Positions 56,296 to 64,000 of a stretch of 64,000 nt of DNA are shown here, piece by piece; the first letter of the stretch is position 1, and each line of letters starts with the position of its first letter. The DNA is from an uncultured Candidatus Rokubacteria bacterium (GTDB taxonomy: Bacteria; Methylomirabilota; Methylomirabilia; Rokubacteriales; DASRDR01): the NCBI GenBank assembly GCA_963708025.1, contig CAVPSB010000014.1:503271-567270 (forward strand), written 5' to 3'. The translations under genes and the position numbers were made by a program. Under the pieces are notes generated by a model, which saw only the letters and a program-made list of their open reading frames with translations, made no database searches and was not told the origin of the DNA.

Positions 56296-56312
56296 TTGGC
56301 ACGGGTCCTGCT
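56296..56312 (+). promoter_or_regulatory. Sigma-54 promoter candidate for the SBP-cytochrome-MCP operon
   Basis: TTGGCACGGGTCCTGCT. Confidence 0.7.
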
Positions 56313-56448
56313 CAGACCCTGTGGCCGCTCGAGGTGGGGAAATCGCCACGAGCAATGGATTCCCGCGCCGGCCGGAGCCGGATGCCGACAGGGAACCACC
56401 AGTCCTTAGCTCCGCGACTCGCCAGTCGCGGTTGGGAGGAGCCGGACG

Positions 56449-57447
56449 ATGACAGGAAAGCTCGCAAAGCCCGTTCTGGCCGCGCTTGTCGGGGGCCTGC
56501 TGGTCTCGGGCCTCATGGTCACCCAGAGCGATGGGCAAGCCACGAAGAAGGTGAAGGTCGGGTGGAACTACCACATGGGAAATACGGCCGCCGTCGTGGC
56601 GGACGAGAAGGGCCTGTTCAAGAAGCAGGGGCTGGACGCGGAGGTGAAGTCGTTCGCCTCCGGGCCTGCCGTCTCCCGGGCCCTGGCCACCAAGGAGATC
56701 GATCTGGCCTATGTCGGGTTCCTGCCGACCTACCACGACATGATGCGGGGCGGCCTCTCGGTCACCGTGGTGGCCAAGGCCAGCTACGGGCTCGGCTCGA
56801 TCCTGGTGAGGAAGGACTCGGGGATCAACGGGCTCAAGGATCTCAAGGGAAAGAAGGTCGCCGGGTCGAGGAAGAACAGCGGCAACGACGTGATCCTGCG
56901 CGCCTTCCTGCTCCGCGAGCTCGGTGGACTGGACCCCGAGGCGGACGTCCAGGTCGTCCCGATGGCCGAGGAGGGCAAGGGTGAGGTGGTGATGAGCAAG
57001 CAGGTGGACGGGGCGATGACCGTGGAGCCATTCACCACCCAGTACCTGCTCGGCGGGCAGACGAAGGTCATCGTCAACACGGTGGATGCCGCGCCCCACC
57101 ACCCCTGGTACGTGGTGGTCGTGCGGACCGACTTCCTGAAGGAGAACCGTGACGCCGTCGTCCGGGCCGTGAAGGCGCATGTCGAAGCGGTGAAGTTCCT
57201 GACCACCAGCCCCGCCGAGGCCAATGACCTGATCGCGCGGGCGTTCAAGCAGGACGGCGTGACGACCGAGATCGCGCGGCTCGCCCGCGAGCGGGTGGGC
57301 TTCGACTACGCCATCAGTGACAAGGACATGGAGTTCTTCGACCGCGAGATCGGCTGGTCGCGGTCGCTGGGCATCGCCAAGACGCCCCAGAAAGCGGCCG
57401 AGCTGGTCGACCTCAGCCTGCTGAAGGAAGCTACCGGCGGCAAGTGA
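56449..57447 (+). CDS. SsuA/NMT1-like substrate-binding protein
   Basis: GLFKKQGLD, FASGP, EIDLAYVG, DLKGKKVA, VDGAMTVEPF. Confidence 0.88.
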   Translation: MTGKLAKPVLAALVGGLLVSGLMVTQSDGQATKKVKVGWNYHMGNTAAVVADEKGLFKKQGLDAEVKSFASGPAVSRALATKEIDLAYVGFLPTYHDMMRGGLSVTVVAKASYGLGSILVRKDSGINGLKDLKGKKVAGSRKNSGNDVILRAFLLRELGGLDPEADVQVVPMAEEGKGEVVMSKQVDGAMTVEPFTTQYLLGGQTKVIVNTVDAAPHHPWYVVVVRTDFLKENRDAVVRAVKAHVEAVKFLTTSPAEANDLIARAFKQDGVTTEIARLARERVGFDYAISDKDMEFFDREIGWSRSLGIAKTPQKAAELVDLSLLKEATGGK

Positions 57448-57498
57448 TGGCCGGCCGGGCAATGGCCTGAGAACAACGAGACGACGAGGAGACCGATC

Positions 57499-59490
57499 GT
57501 GAATCCAGTGCGATGGCTCGGGCTGACCGCGAGCTTCCAGGGCTCGACCGACATGGTCGGGACCGGGGATCTACCGCGGGGGACGGTGCCGGACGGGAGC
57601 AAGCTGTCGGGACGTGAGGCTGACGACGGCACGTCCAACCCGGGAACGAGCGACCCGGCGGCTCGGCCCGAGGCCAGCGGCCGGAGATGGCGCTGGCCGT
57701 GGACGCCGGACACCGATCGACGGCTTGCGTCGCGGACGCCCGCCACCGACCGGCGGCGCTCCCCTCGGACCGCCAAGGCCCATCTGTTCGTGACCGTGTG
57801 TCACTGGAGCATGGTCGGTCTCCTCGCCCTCAGTCTCCTCACCGGGATGCGGATCGGCTGGGGCTACCTGGAGAGCCCGCTGGGAGGCTCTACCGGCCGC
57901 TGGGGAGCCCTGCTGGGCGCCATCGCCCCGAAGGGCACCCTGTTCGACGTCAACGTGATCACCCTGCACGTCCTGCTGGCCTTCTTCATGCTGCTCACCG
58001 TTGGCGTGTACGTGGGCTATCTCTTCCGATCCAGCGCCCACCGCCGCCTGGAGCTGACGCGCGACGACGTCCGGAAGCTGACCACCGCGCTCCGGGCCGG
58101 GACCTTCTGGCGGAGCAAGGGGGCGCTGTGGTCGGCCAACCTCCTCATCTACTGGGTGGCCTTCGTCTTCATCGCCGTGCTCACGGTTACCGGGGTGGCG
58201 CTCTACCGGCTGGAGTGGGGCCTGGCCAGGCTGCTCGGAGGCTACGAGACCACGCGGCTCTTGCACGGGCTGGTGGCCTACGGGTTCCTGCCGTACACGA
58301 TCGTTCACATCCTTCTGCAGTGGTGCTTCGGGCGCTTCTGGGCGATCTTCAAGACCCAGCTCTATCGTCCCCACCTGAGGGCCGGGCTCGTCGGCGTCGC
58401 CCTGGCGGTGCCGCTGATCGTGGGCCTGTACCTCTGGAACGAGGTGCCCGAGGCCCTCACCGTCATGCGCATCGCCGGCAATCTGCCGGCCCCGGTGCTC
58501 GACGGCGATCCGGGCGATCCTGCCTGGAGCCGGGCTCAGGCGGTGACCATCCGCACGACCAAGGGCGTGAACAACCCGCACTCCTACGTGGACGTGACCG
58601 TGAAGGCCCTCCACGACGGCGAGCAGATCTACTTCCAGTGGCAGTGGGAGGACCCCGACGCGAGCTACAAGCGCTTCCCGCTCCTGAAGACCGCAAATGG
58701 CTGGAAAGTCTTGCAAACCGCGTACGAGCAGGCCGACGAGAACTTCTACTACGAAGACAAGCTGTCGATGTACATTACCGACGTGAAAAACGGCAGTTGC
58801 GCGGATACGTGTCATCTCGGTGTGGGGCCCTACGCCGCCCGGGGCGAGAAGCACGGCCTGCACTACACGAAGGGCGAGATCGGGGACGTCTGGCACTGGA
58901 AGGGCGTCCGGAGCAATCCGATGGGGGCCGGGACCGGCGAGCCCGGGTTCATCGACGACCAGCATTTCCGGGGAGCCGACCCCATCCCGCTCGATTACCT
59001 CTACAAGCGGTACACCGCCGGCTACTACGCGGATCCCGGGCGGGGCTACGGGTATGACTACAACTTCGAGAAGATCGATCCCTACAAGCCCCTGGGCGAG
59101 ACCTACGTCCGCCCGTTGTTCCTCCCGCCCACCAACGGGATCAAGCCGAACCCGGATCCCCGGACGTCGGAGGAGGGGGTCACCTGGTGGATCCAGCGAG
59201 CCACCGCGATCCCGTACACGGAAGCCGCCGACACCTACCCGGTGGGGGCCATGATCCCGAACATGGTGCTCGCGCCCTTCCAGGGGGACCGGGCCGACGT
59301 GAGGGCGCAGGGCGCGTGGCGGGAGGGACGCTGGACCGTCGAGGCCCGCCGGCGCCTCGACACCCAGAGCCCCTACGACGTTCCCTTCACGATGGGGAAG
59401 CCCGTGTACATCTCGGTGGCCCTCTACAACCGGACGCAGACGCGGCACAGCGAGCACATCCGGCCGATCCGGGTGGTGGTGCAGCCGTGA
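57499..59490 (+). CDS. Cytochrome b-type membrane domain fused to an ethylbenzene-dehydrogenase-gamma-like (DOMON) heme-binding domain
   Basis: TM His residues (CHW, TLH, LLH, IVH); APVLDGD..DPAW, WEDP, YYEDK, CADTCH, DVWHWK, GRWTVEARRRL, QTRHS. Confidence 0.8.
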   Translation: MNPVRWLGLTASFQGSTDMVGTGDLPRGTVPDGSKLSGREADDGTSNPGTSDPAARPEASGRRWRWPWTPDTDRRLASRTPATDRRRSPRTAKAHLFVTVCHWSMVGLLALSLLTGMRIGWGYLESPLGGSTGRWGALLGAIAPKGTLFDVNVITLHVLLAFFMLLTVGVYVGYLFRSSAHRRLELTRDDVRKLTTALRAGTFWRSKGALWSANLLIYWVAFVFIAVLTVTGVALYRLEWGLARLLGGYETTRLLHGLVAYGFLPYTIVHILLQWCFGRFWAIFKTQLYRPHLRAGLVGVALAVPLIVGLYLWNEVPEALTVMRIAGNLPAPVLDGDPGDPAWSRAQAVTIRTTKGVNNPHSYVDVTVKALHDGEQIYFQWQWEDPDASYKRFPLLKTANGWKVLQTAYEQADENFYYEDKLSMYITDVKNGSCADTCHLGVGPYAARGEKHGLHYTKGEIGDVWHWKGVRSNPMGAGTGEPGFIDDQHFRGADPIPLDYLYKRYTAGYYADPGRGYGYDYNFEKIDPYKPLGETYVRPLFLPPTNGIKPNPDPRTSEEGVTWWIQRATAIPYTEAADTYPVGAMIPNMVLAPFQGDRADVRAQGAWREGRWTVEARRRLDTQSPYDVPFTMGKPVYISVALYNRTQTRHSEHIRPIRVVVQP

Positions 59491-59525
59491 GCCCGCGAAT
59501 CTCGGAGCTCGACAGGAGAACCGTC

Positions 59526-60341
59526 ATGAGCCAGGCAACCCGCGCCCTCGTCCTGGGCATGGTCTTCACCATCGCGGCCGGCTGCGCGGGCGCGCGATCG
59601 GGACAGTCCGACGTCGTCACCCTGCCCGGAACCGGCGACAGCCAGGACGTGCTGCGCGCCCTCGCCCGGGGTTATCTCGCCCAGCATTCCGACCGGCGCG
59701 TGGTGGTGCCGGACTCGATCGGATCGGACGGCGGCGTTCGAGTCGTGGGGACCGGCGAGTCGCCCATCGGCCGGGTGTCGCGCCCTCCCACCGCCGAGGA
59801 GAAAGCCAAGTACGGTGATTTCAAGTACGTGGCCTTCGCCGGCGTGTCCGTGACGTTCGTCGTCGGGTCGCAAGCCGGCGTGCGCGACCTCCGTGAGCAG
59901 CAGATCTGCGACGTCTTCGCCGGCCGCCTCACCAGCTGGAAGCAGGTCGGCGGCAACGATCTGCCGATCGAGGTGCAGGCGCGGCCGGAGGACGGCTCCA
60001 ACATGAGGACGATCCGCAAGCAGATGGCGTGCTTTACGAAGCTCGAGATCACACCGAGCGCGCGCGCCAACCTGCGGAACTCCGACCTGGTCGAGTCGAT
60101 GAAGCAGTTGCCCGGCGCCCTCGGCTTCATGCCGCTGAGCGAGGCGAGGCTCCATGGCTTCCAGGTCGTGACGCTCGACGGGGTGGCCCCCGGCACGCCG
60201 GACTACAAGCTCGGCATCGCGCTGGGGTTCGTCTACAAGAAGGACCTGCCGTCCAACATCCAGGAGTTCATCGCCTATCTGAAGACCGCTCCGGCGCAGG
60301 AGATCATGCGGAAGACCGGCCACGTTCCCGTGGCGGGATAG
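59526..60341 (+). CDS. PstS/PBP-like substrate-binding lipoprotein
   Basis: Lipobox IAAGC, PGTGDSQ, SIGSDGG, GRVSRP, TSWKQVGG. Confidence 0.8.
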   Translation: MSQATRALVLGMVFTIAAGCAGARSGQSDVVTLPGTGDSQDVLRALARGYLAQHSDRRVVVPDSIGSDGGVRVVGTGESPIGRVSRPPTAEEKAKYGDFKYVAFAGVSVTFVVGSQAGVRDLREQQICDVFAGRLTSWKQVGGNDLPIEVQARPEDGSNMRTIRKQMACFTKLEITPSARANLRNSDLVESMKQLPGALGFMPLSEARLHGFQVVTLDGVAPGTPDYKLGIALGFVYKKDLPSNIQEFIAYLKTAPAQEIMRKTGHVPVAG

Positions 60342-60377
60342 CTCTCCGGGCTGGCGGGAGAGCGAGGAGGCAGCGAC

Positions 60378-62036
60378 GTGAACCTGAGAAAGGTCGGGCT
60401 CAGCACCAGGATGATGATGCCCTTCGTGGTGGTCTTCGTCGGGGCGCTCGGGCTGGTGGGGACCATGTCGGTGCGCTCCAACCACGCCGCGATGACGGAG
60501 AGCCTCGAGAAGCGCGGGGAGATCCTGGTGAGGATGCTCGCCACCGGGCTGGCGGATCCGCTGTCGCTGAGCGAGGAGGAGAGCCTCCAGCAGATCCTCG
60601 ACGGGACCAAGTCGGCCGACTCGGACGTGGCCTACGCCGTCCTGGTCAGCGCGAAGGGGGAGGTGGTCGCGAGCACCGACGGGCGGCTGAACGTCCTCCG
60701 GAACGACTTCGAGAAGAAGATGGCCCAGACCACCACGTTCGTCCAGGCGGGGGTCCCGGGCTCGGCGAGCCTCTTCGAGGTGGCGGCTCCCGTGACCTAC
60801 AAGGGACTGGGCCGGATCGGCGCCATCCGCGTCGGCATCTCCACCCAGAAGGTGGAGTCGATGGCCAGGCGGTCGGCCTTGGCCATCGCGGGAGTGGGAG
60901 CGCTGGCGCTGCTCGTCGGGATCGCGGCCTACGTGTACGCGACGCGGCGGATCACGCGGCCGCTCCGGGCGGCGGTCGAGCGGCTCGACGAGCTGGCCGG
61001 CGGGGACGCCGATCTCACCGTCCGGCTGGCGGTCGTGCGGGGGGACGAGGTGGGTCGCCTCGCCCAGTCACTGAACGTCTTCCTCGACAAGCTCCACCGG
61101 CTGGTCCAGGAGATCCGCGACACCTCCACCCACGTCGGCACCGCCTCCCAGCAGCTCTCGGGGGCGGCGACGCAGCTCTCCTCGGGGGCCCAGGAGCACG
61201 CCTCGTCCCTGGAGGAGACCGCGGCCAGCCTGGAGCAGATCACCGGCACCGTCAAGCAGAACGCGGAGAACGCCCGGCAGGCCAACCAGCTCGCCGCGGG
61301 GGCCCGGGACACGGCGTCGTCGGGAGGCCAGGTGGTGCTGAAGGCGGTCTCGGCCATGGACGAGATCAGCCGGTCGTCGCGGAAGGTCGTCGAGATCATC
61401 ACGATGATCGACGAGATCGCGTTCCAGACGAACCTGCTGGCGCTGAACGCGGCGGTCGAGGCGGCGCGGGCGGGGGAGCAAGGGCGAGGCTTCGCGGTGG
61501 TGGCGGCGGAGGTGCGGAACCTGGCGCAGCGGTCGGCGGAGGCCGCGAAGGAGATCAAGGAGCTGATCGGGGAGTCGGTGCAGAAGGTCGACGACGGCTC
61601 GGCGCTGGTGAACCGGTCCGGGCAGGCGCTGGACGAGATCGTCAGCTCGGTGAAGCGGGTGACCGACATCATCGCCGAGATCGCGGCGGCCAGCCAGGAG
61701 CAGTCGCAGGGGATCGACCAGGTCAACCGGGCGGTGAGCCAGATGGACCACGTGGTGCAGTCCAACGCGGCCCAGACGGAGGAGCTGTCGTCCACCTCCC
61801 AGATGCTCGCCTCCCAGGCCGCGGACCTGCACGCCCTGGTGGGACGCTTCAAGCTCGGCGCCGTCACCACGAGCGCCTCCTATCCGAGCGCGCCGGTCGC
61901 GCCCGCGTCCGTGCCGCTGGCGGAGCTGGCTGCCGCCGGGGCACTCGGCTCGGCGGCCCGGCGGGCTCCGGTCATGTCCGCCGCGCCCCGGTGGAACGGG
62001 GGCGGGCTTCAGGACGGGGGCATCGAGGAGTTTTAG
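60378..62036 (+). CDS. Methyl-accepting chemotaxis protein (TM-Cache-like-TM-HAMP-MA)
   Basis: [44 protein letters not shown]-terminus ends GIEEF. Confidence 0.95.
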   Translation: MNLRKVGLSTRMMMPFVVVFVGALGLVGTMSVRSNHAAMTESLEKRGEILVRMLATGLADPLSLSEEESLQQILDGTKSADSDVAYAVLVSAKGEVVASTDGRLNVLRNDFEKKMAQTTTFVQAGVPGSASLFEVAAPVTYKGLGRIGAIRVGISTQKVESMARRSALAIAGVGALALLVGIAAYVYATRRITRPLRAAVERLDELAGGDADLTVRLAVVRGDEVGRLAQSLNVFLDKLHRLVQEIRDTSTHVGTASQQLSGAATQLSSGAQEHASSLEETAASLEQITGTVKQNAENARQANQLAAGARDTASSGGQVVLKAVSAMDEISRSSRKVVEIITMIDEIAFQTNLLALNAAVEAARAGEQGRGFAVVAAEVRNLAQRSAEAAKEIKELIGESVQKVDDGSALVNRSGQALDEIVSSVKRVTDIIAEIAAASQEQSQGIDQVNRAVSQMDHVVQSNAAQTEELSSTSQMLASQAADLHALVGRFKLGAVTTSASYPSAPVAPASVPLAELAAAGALGSAARRAPVMSAAPRWNGGGLQDGGIEEF

Positions 62037-62150
62037 GACGTTTCGCGGGGTCTCGGAAGACCCCACGCGGACAGGACGCTCTAGGTCAGGGAGAAACCGT
62101 AGGGTCCGACCAGCGGCGGCCTGCTGAGCGCCGCAGTGCCGCGGTGTGGC

Positions 62151-63761
62151 TCAGCGGTCCAGCCACACCTCCTGCATCCGCCCGTAGTTGTAGAGGGAGT
62201 GGTGCGGGACCAGGTTCCTGACGTGGGGCCACTGGGTGAAGTACTCCTTCCGCCAGCCGAGCATCGGGCGGGCCACGTCGGCCTCGAGCTTCCGCTGGAT
62301 CTCCCACACCAGCTTGAGTCGCTGGCTACGGTCCAGCTCCTGGGACTGCCGGTCGATGAGGCGGTCCAGCTCCTCGCTGCAGTAATCGGTGTAGTTGCGT
62401 GAGGAGCCGCAACGGTAGTTCTCGTAGAAGAACGCGTCAGGGTCATCGATGCCGGCGGCGGTGAGGTTGGCGCCGATCTGATAGTCGCGCCGGGCCAGGG
62501 CCGGGAACCACTGGGCCGTCTCGATCTGCTTGACGGTCACTTCCACTCCGACCTGGTGAAGCTGATCGACCACGAACGACGCGAGATCCAGGTAGATCGC
62601 GAACGCCCGGGTGGCCAGCTCGACCCGGAGCGGCTTGGCGGGGCCGAAGCCGGCGGCGGCCAGGAGGCGCTTGGCCTCCGCCTTGTCCTGGGTCGACCCT
62701 CGATAGCCCGGCAGCGTCCGAAGCTCGGTGTCGGGAAGCCCCCAGCTTCCGAAGGGCTTGGGCATCAGCGCGGCGCCGACGACGGCCCCGCCGTGGCGCA
62801 CCCCCTGGACGTAGGCGTTCCGGTCCATGGCGAGACTGACCGCCCGGCGCACCGCCACGTTGTCGAAGGGTGGCCGCTTGTGGTTGAGGATCACGTTGTC
62901 GCTGCCGTTCTGTCCGGTCTCGGTGACCACCAGCGAGGGCACGTTCTTCTTGAGCGTCTCGGCCATGAGCCTCGTCATCTCGAGGGGCACGGACACGTCG
63001 AGCTGGCCGGACTGGAGCGCGGCCATGCGAGTGCCGCGCTCGGTGATGATCGGGTAGCGGATCCCGTCGAGGAAGGGCCGGTTCGGGACGAAGTAGTCGG
63101 GGTTCCGCTCCAGCTCGACCATCTGGCCGCGGGCGTACTCCTTGAGGCGGAAGGGGCCGGTGCCCACGCAGCGCTGGCGGAGCTCGGCGAGCGGGACGTG
63201 GGCCGGGTAAACCGGCGAGTAGCCGGAGGCGAGCATGAGGAGGAGCGAGGGCTGGGGGCGCCGGAGCCGGAAGATCACCGTGAGAGGGTCGGGCGTCTCG
63301 ATCGCCTCGACGGCGGCGTACCACTCCTTGCGCGGACTCAGCCGGAGCTTCGCCGGCGCCTCGGGACCCTCGCGGACGACGTCGAACGTGTACTTGACGT
63401 CCTTCGAGGTGAACGGCTGACCGTCGTGCCACCGGACGCCCTTTCTCAGGAAGAAGACGAGATTCCGGTAGCCGTCCTGCCAGGACCACCGCTCGGCCAG
63501 CTCGGGCAGAACCGTCTCGGCCGTCTCCTGCGGCCTGAGCGGGTCGAACAGGACGAGGTTCGAGTAGCACGGCATCACCGGCCACACGCCGGAGATCGTG
63601 GCCGACTCGTGGATCGAGAACCCCGGGGGGTCCTCCGCCAGCATCGCGTTGAGGACCCCGCCGTGCTTCGGCGCCTGGGCCAGGGCGGGGACACCGGCGG
63701 TCGTCAGCGCGCCGAGGATCGAGATGCCGAGGATCACCAGCAGCAACGGGCATCTTCTCAC
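62151..63761 (-). CDS. Family 5 ABC substrate-binding protein (DppA/NikA-like)
   Basis: APKHGGVL, LRKGVRWHDGQPFTSKDV, VGTGPF, PPFDN..VRRA, EVWLDR. Confidence 0.92.
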   Translation of the reverse strand: MRRCPLLLVILGISILGALTTAGVPALAQAPKHGGVLNAMLAEDPPGFSIHESATISGVWPVMPCYSNLVLFDPLRPQETAETVLPELAERWSWQDGYRNLVFFLRKGVRWHDGQPFTSKDVKYTFDVVREGPEAPAKLRLSPRKEWYAAVEAIETPDPLTVIFRLRRPQPSLLLMLASGYSPVYPAHVPLAELRQRCVGTGPFRLKEYARGQMVELERNPDYFVPNRPFLDGIRYPIITERGTRMAALQSGQLDVSVPLEMTRLMAETLKKNVPSLVVTETGQNGSDNVILNHKRPPFDNVAVRRAVSLAMDRNAYVQGVRHGGAVVGAALMPKPFGSWGLPDTELRTLPGYRGSTQDKAEAKRLLAAAGFGPAKPLRVELATRAFAIYLDLASFVVDQLHQVGVEVTVKQIETAQWFPALARRDYQIGANLTAAGIDDPDAFFYENYRCGSSRNYTDYCSEELDRLIDRQSQELDRSQRLKLVWEIQRKLEADVARPMLGWRKEYFTQWPHVRNLVPHHSLYNYGRMQEVWLDR

Positions 63762-64000
63762 GGCGTCCCCCTTCCGTCTCAGGCAGGCCTCCACGACGTA
63801 CGCTTCCCGGTGACACGGCGATGATAGTCGATCCGCCCCGGTGAGAACATCCCGGCTCGCCCGGCGGACCAGGCCTCCAGACGCCCAGGTCGAGCGACCG
63901 GAGAGAGGGGGAGGAGACGCTTCTAGAGTGGCCGGACTAGTGAGGGGCTGAGTCCAGTTTTCAGGCGCGGGGCCGAGGAGCGAGCAGCGCTAGGACGCAG

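Noticed and set aside
57499-59490. Ethylbenzene dehydrogenase
   Set aside because: Only the gamma-like domain is present; no Mo-alpha or Fe-S beta subunits

Overview
GC-rich bacterial chromosomal window. Gene content and repeat style suggest Candidatus Rokubacteria/Methylomirabilota, but this is inference and was not verified. Many single-base indels break otherwise intact genes at about 0.2-6.1 kb, 24.7-30.4 kb and 47.5 kb; these are most likely long-read errors. In order, the window holds: SYLF, DUF4105/Lnb-like, alpha/beta-hydrolase, chalcone-isomerase-like and MscS genes ending at a decayed tyrosine-integrase remnant; a cysteine hydrolase and Tat-exported OppA; a GalT homologue lacking its catalytic His; glutamate dehydrogenase; a complete Rrf2-iscSUA-hscBA-fdx-iscX operon; a DsrE/F/H-like sulfur relay; a second nifS-iscU-cysE operon; dinB; a LIV-type ABC plus acyl-CoA synthetase cluster followed by a ferritin-like pair and a three-part biotin carboxylase interrupted by a tandem repeat array; an extra RpoD-like sigma factor; a CoA-transferase; a hidden SelW/Rdx selenoprotein (CxxU with a SECIS-like hairpin, missing from the ORF track); rbsK, MFS and rimI; and an ~18 kb signalling region (two kinases, GNAT, two methyltransferases, CheY-like, two HD-GYP, orphan binding proteins, a cytochrome b/EB_dh protein and an MCP) with several sigma-54 promoters. 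Three dispersed palindromic repeat families occur. No rRNA, tRNA or CRISPR array was found.
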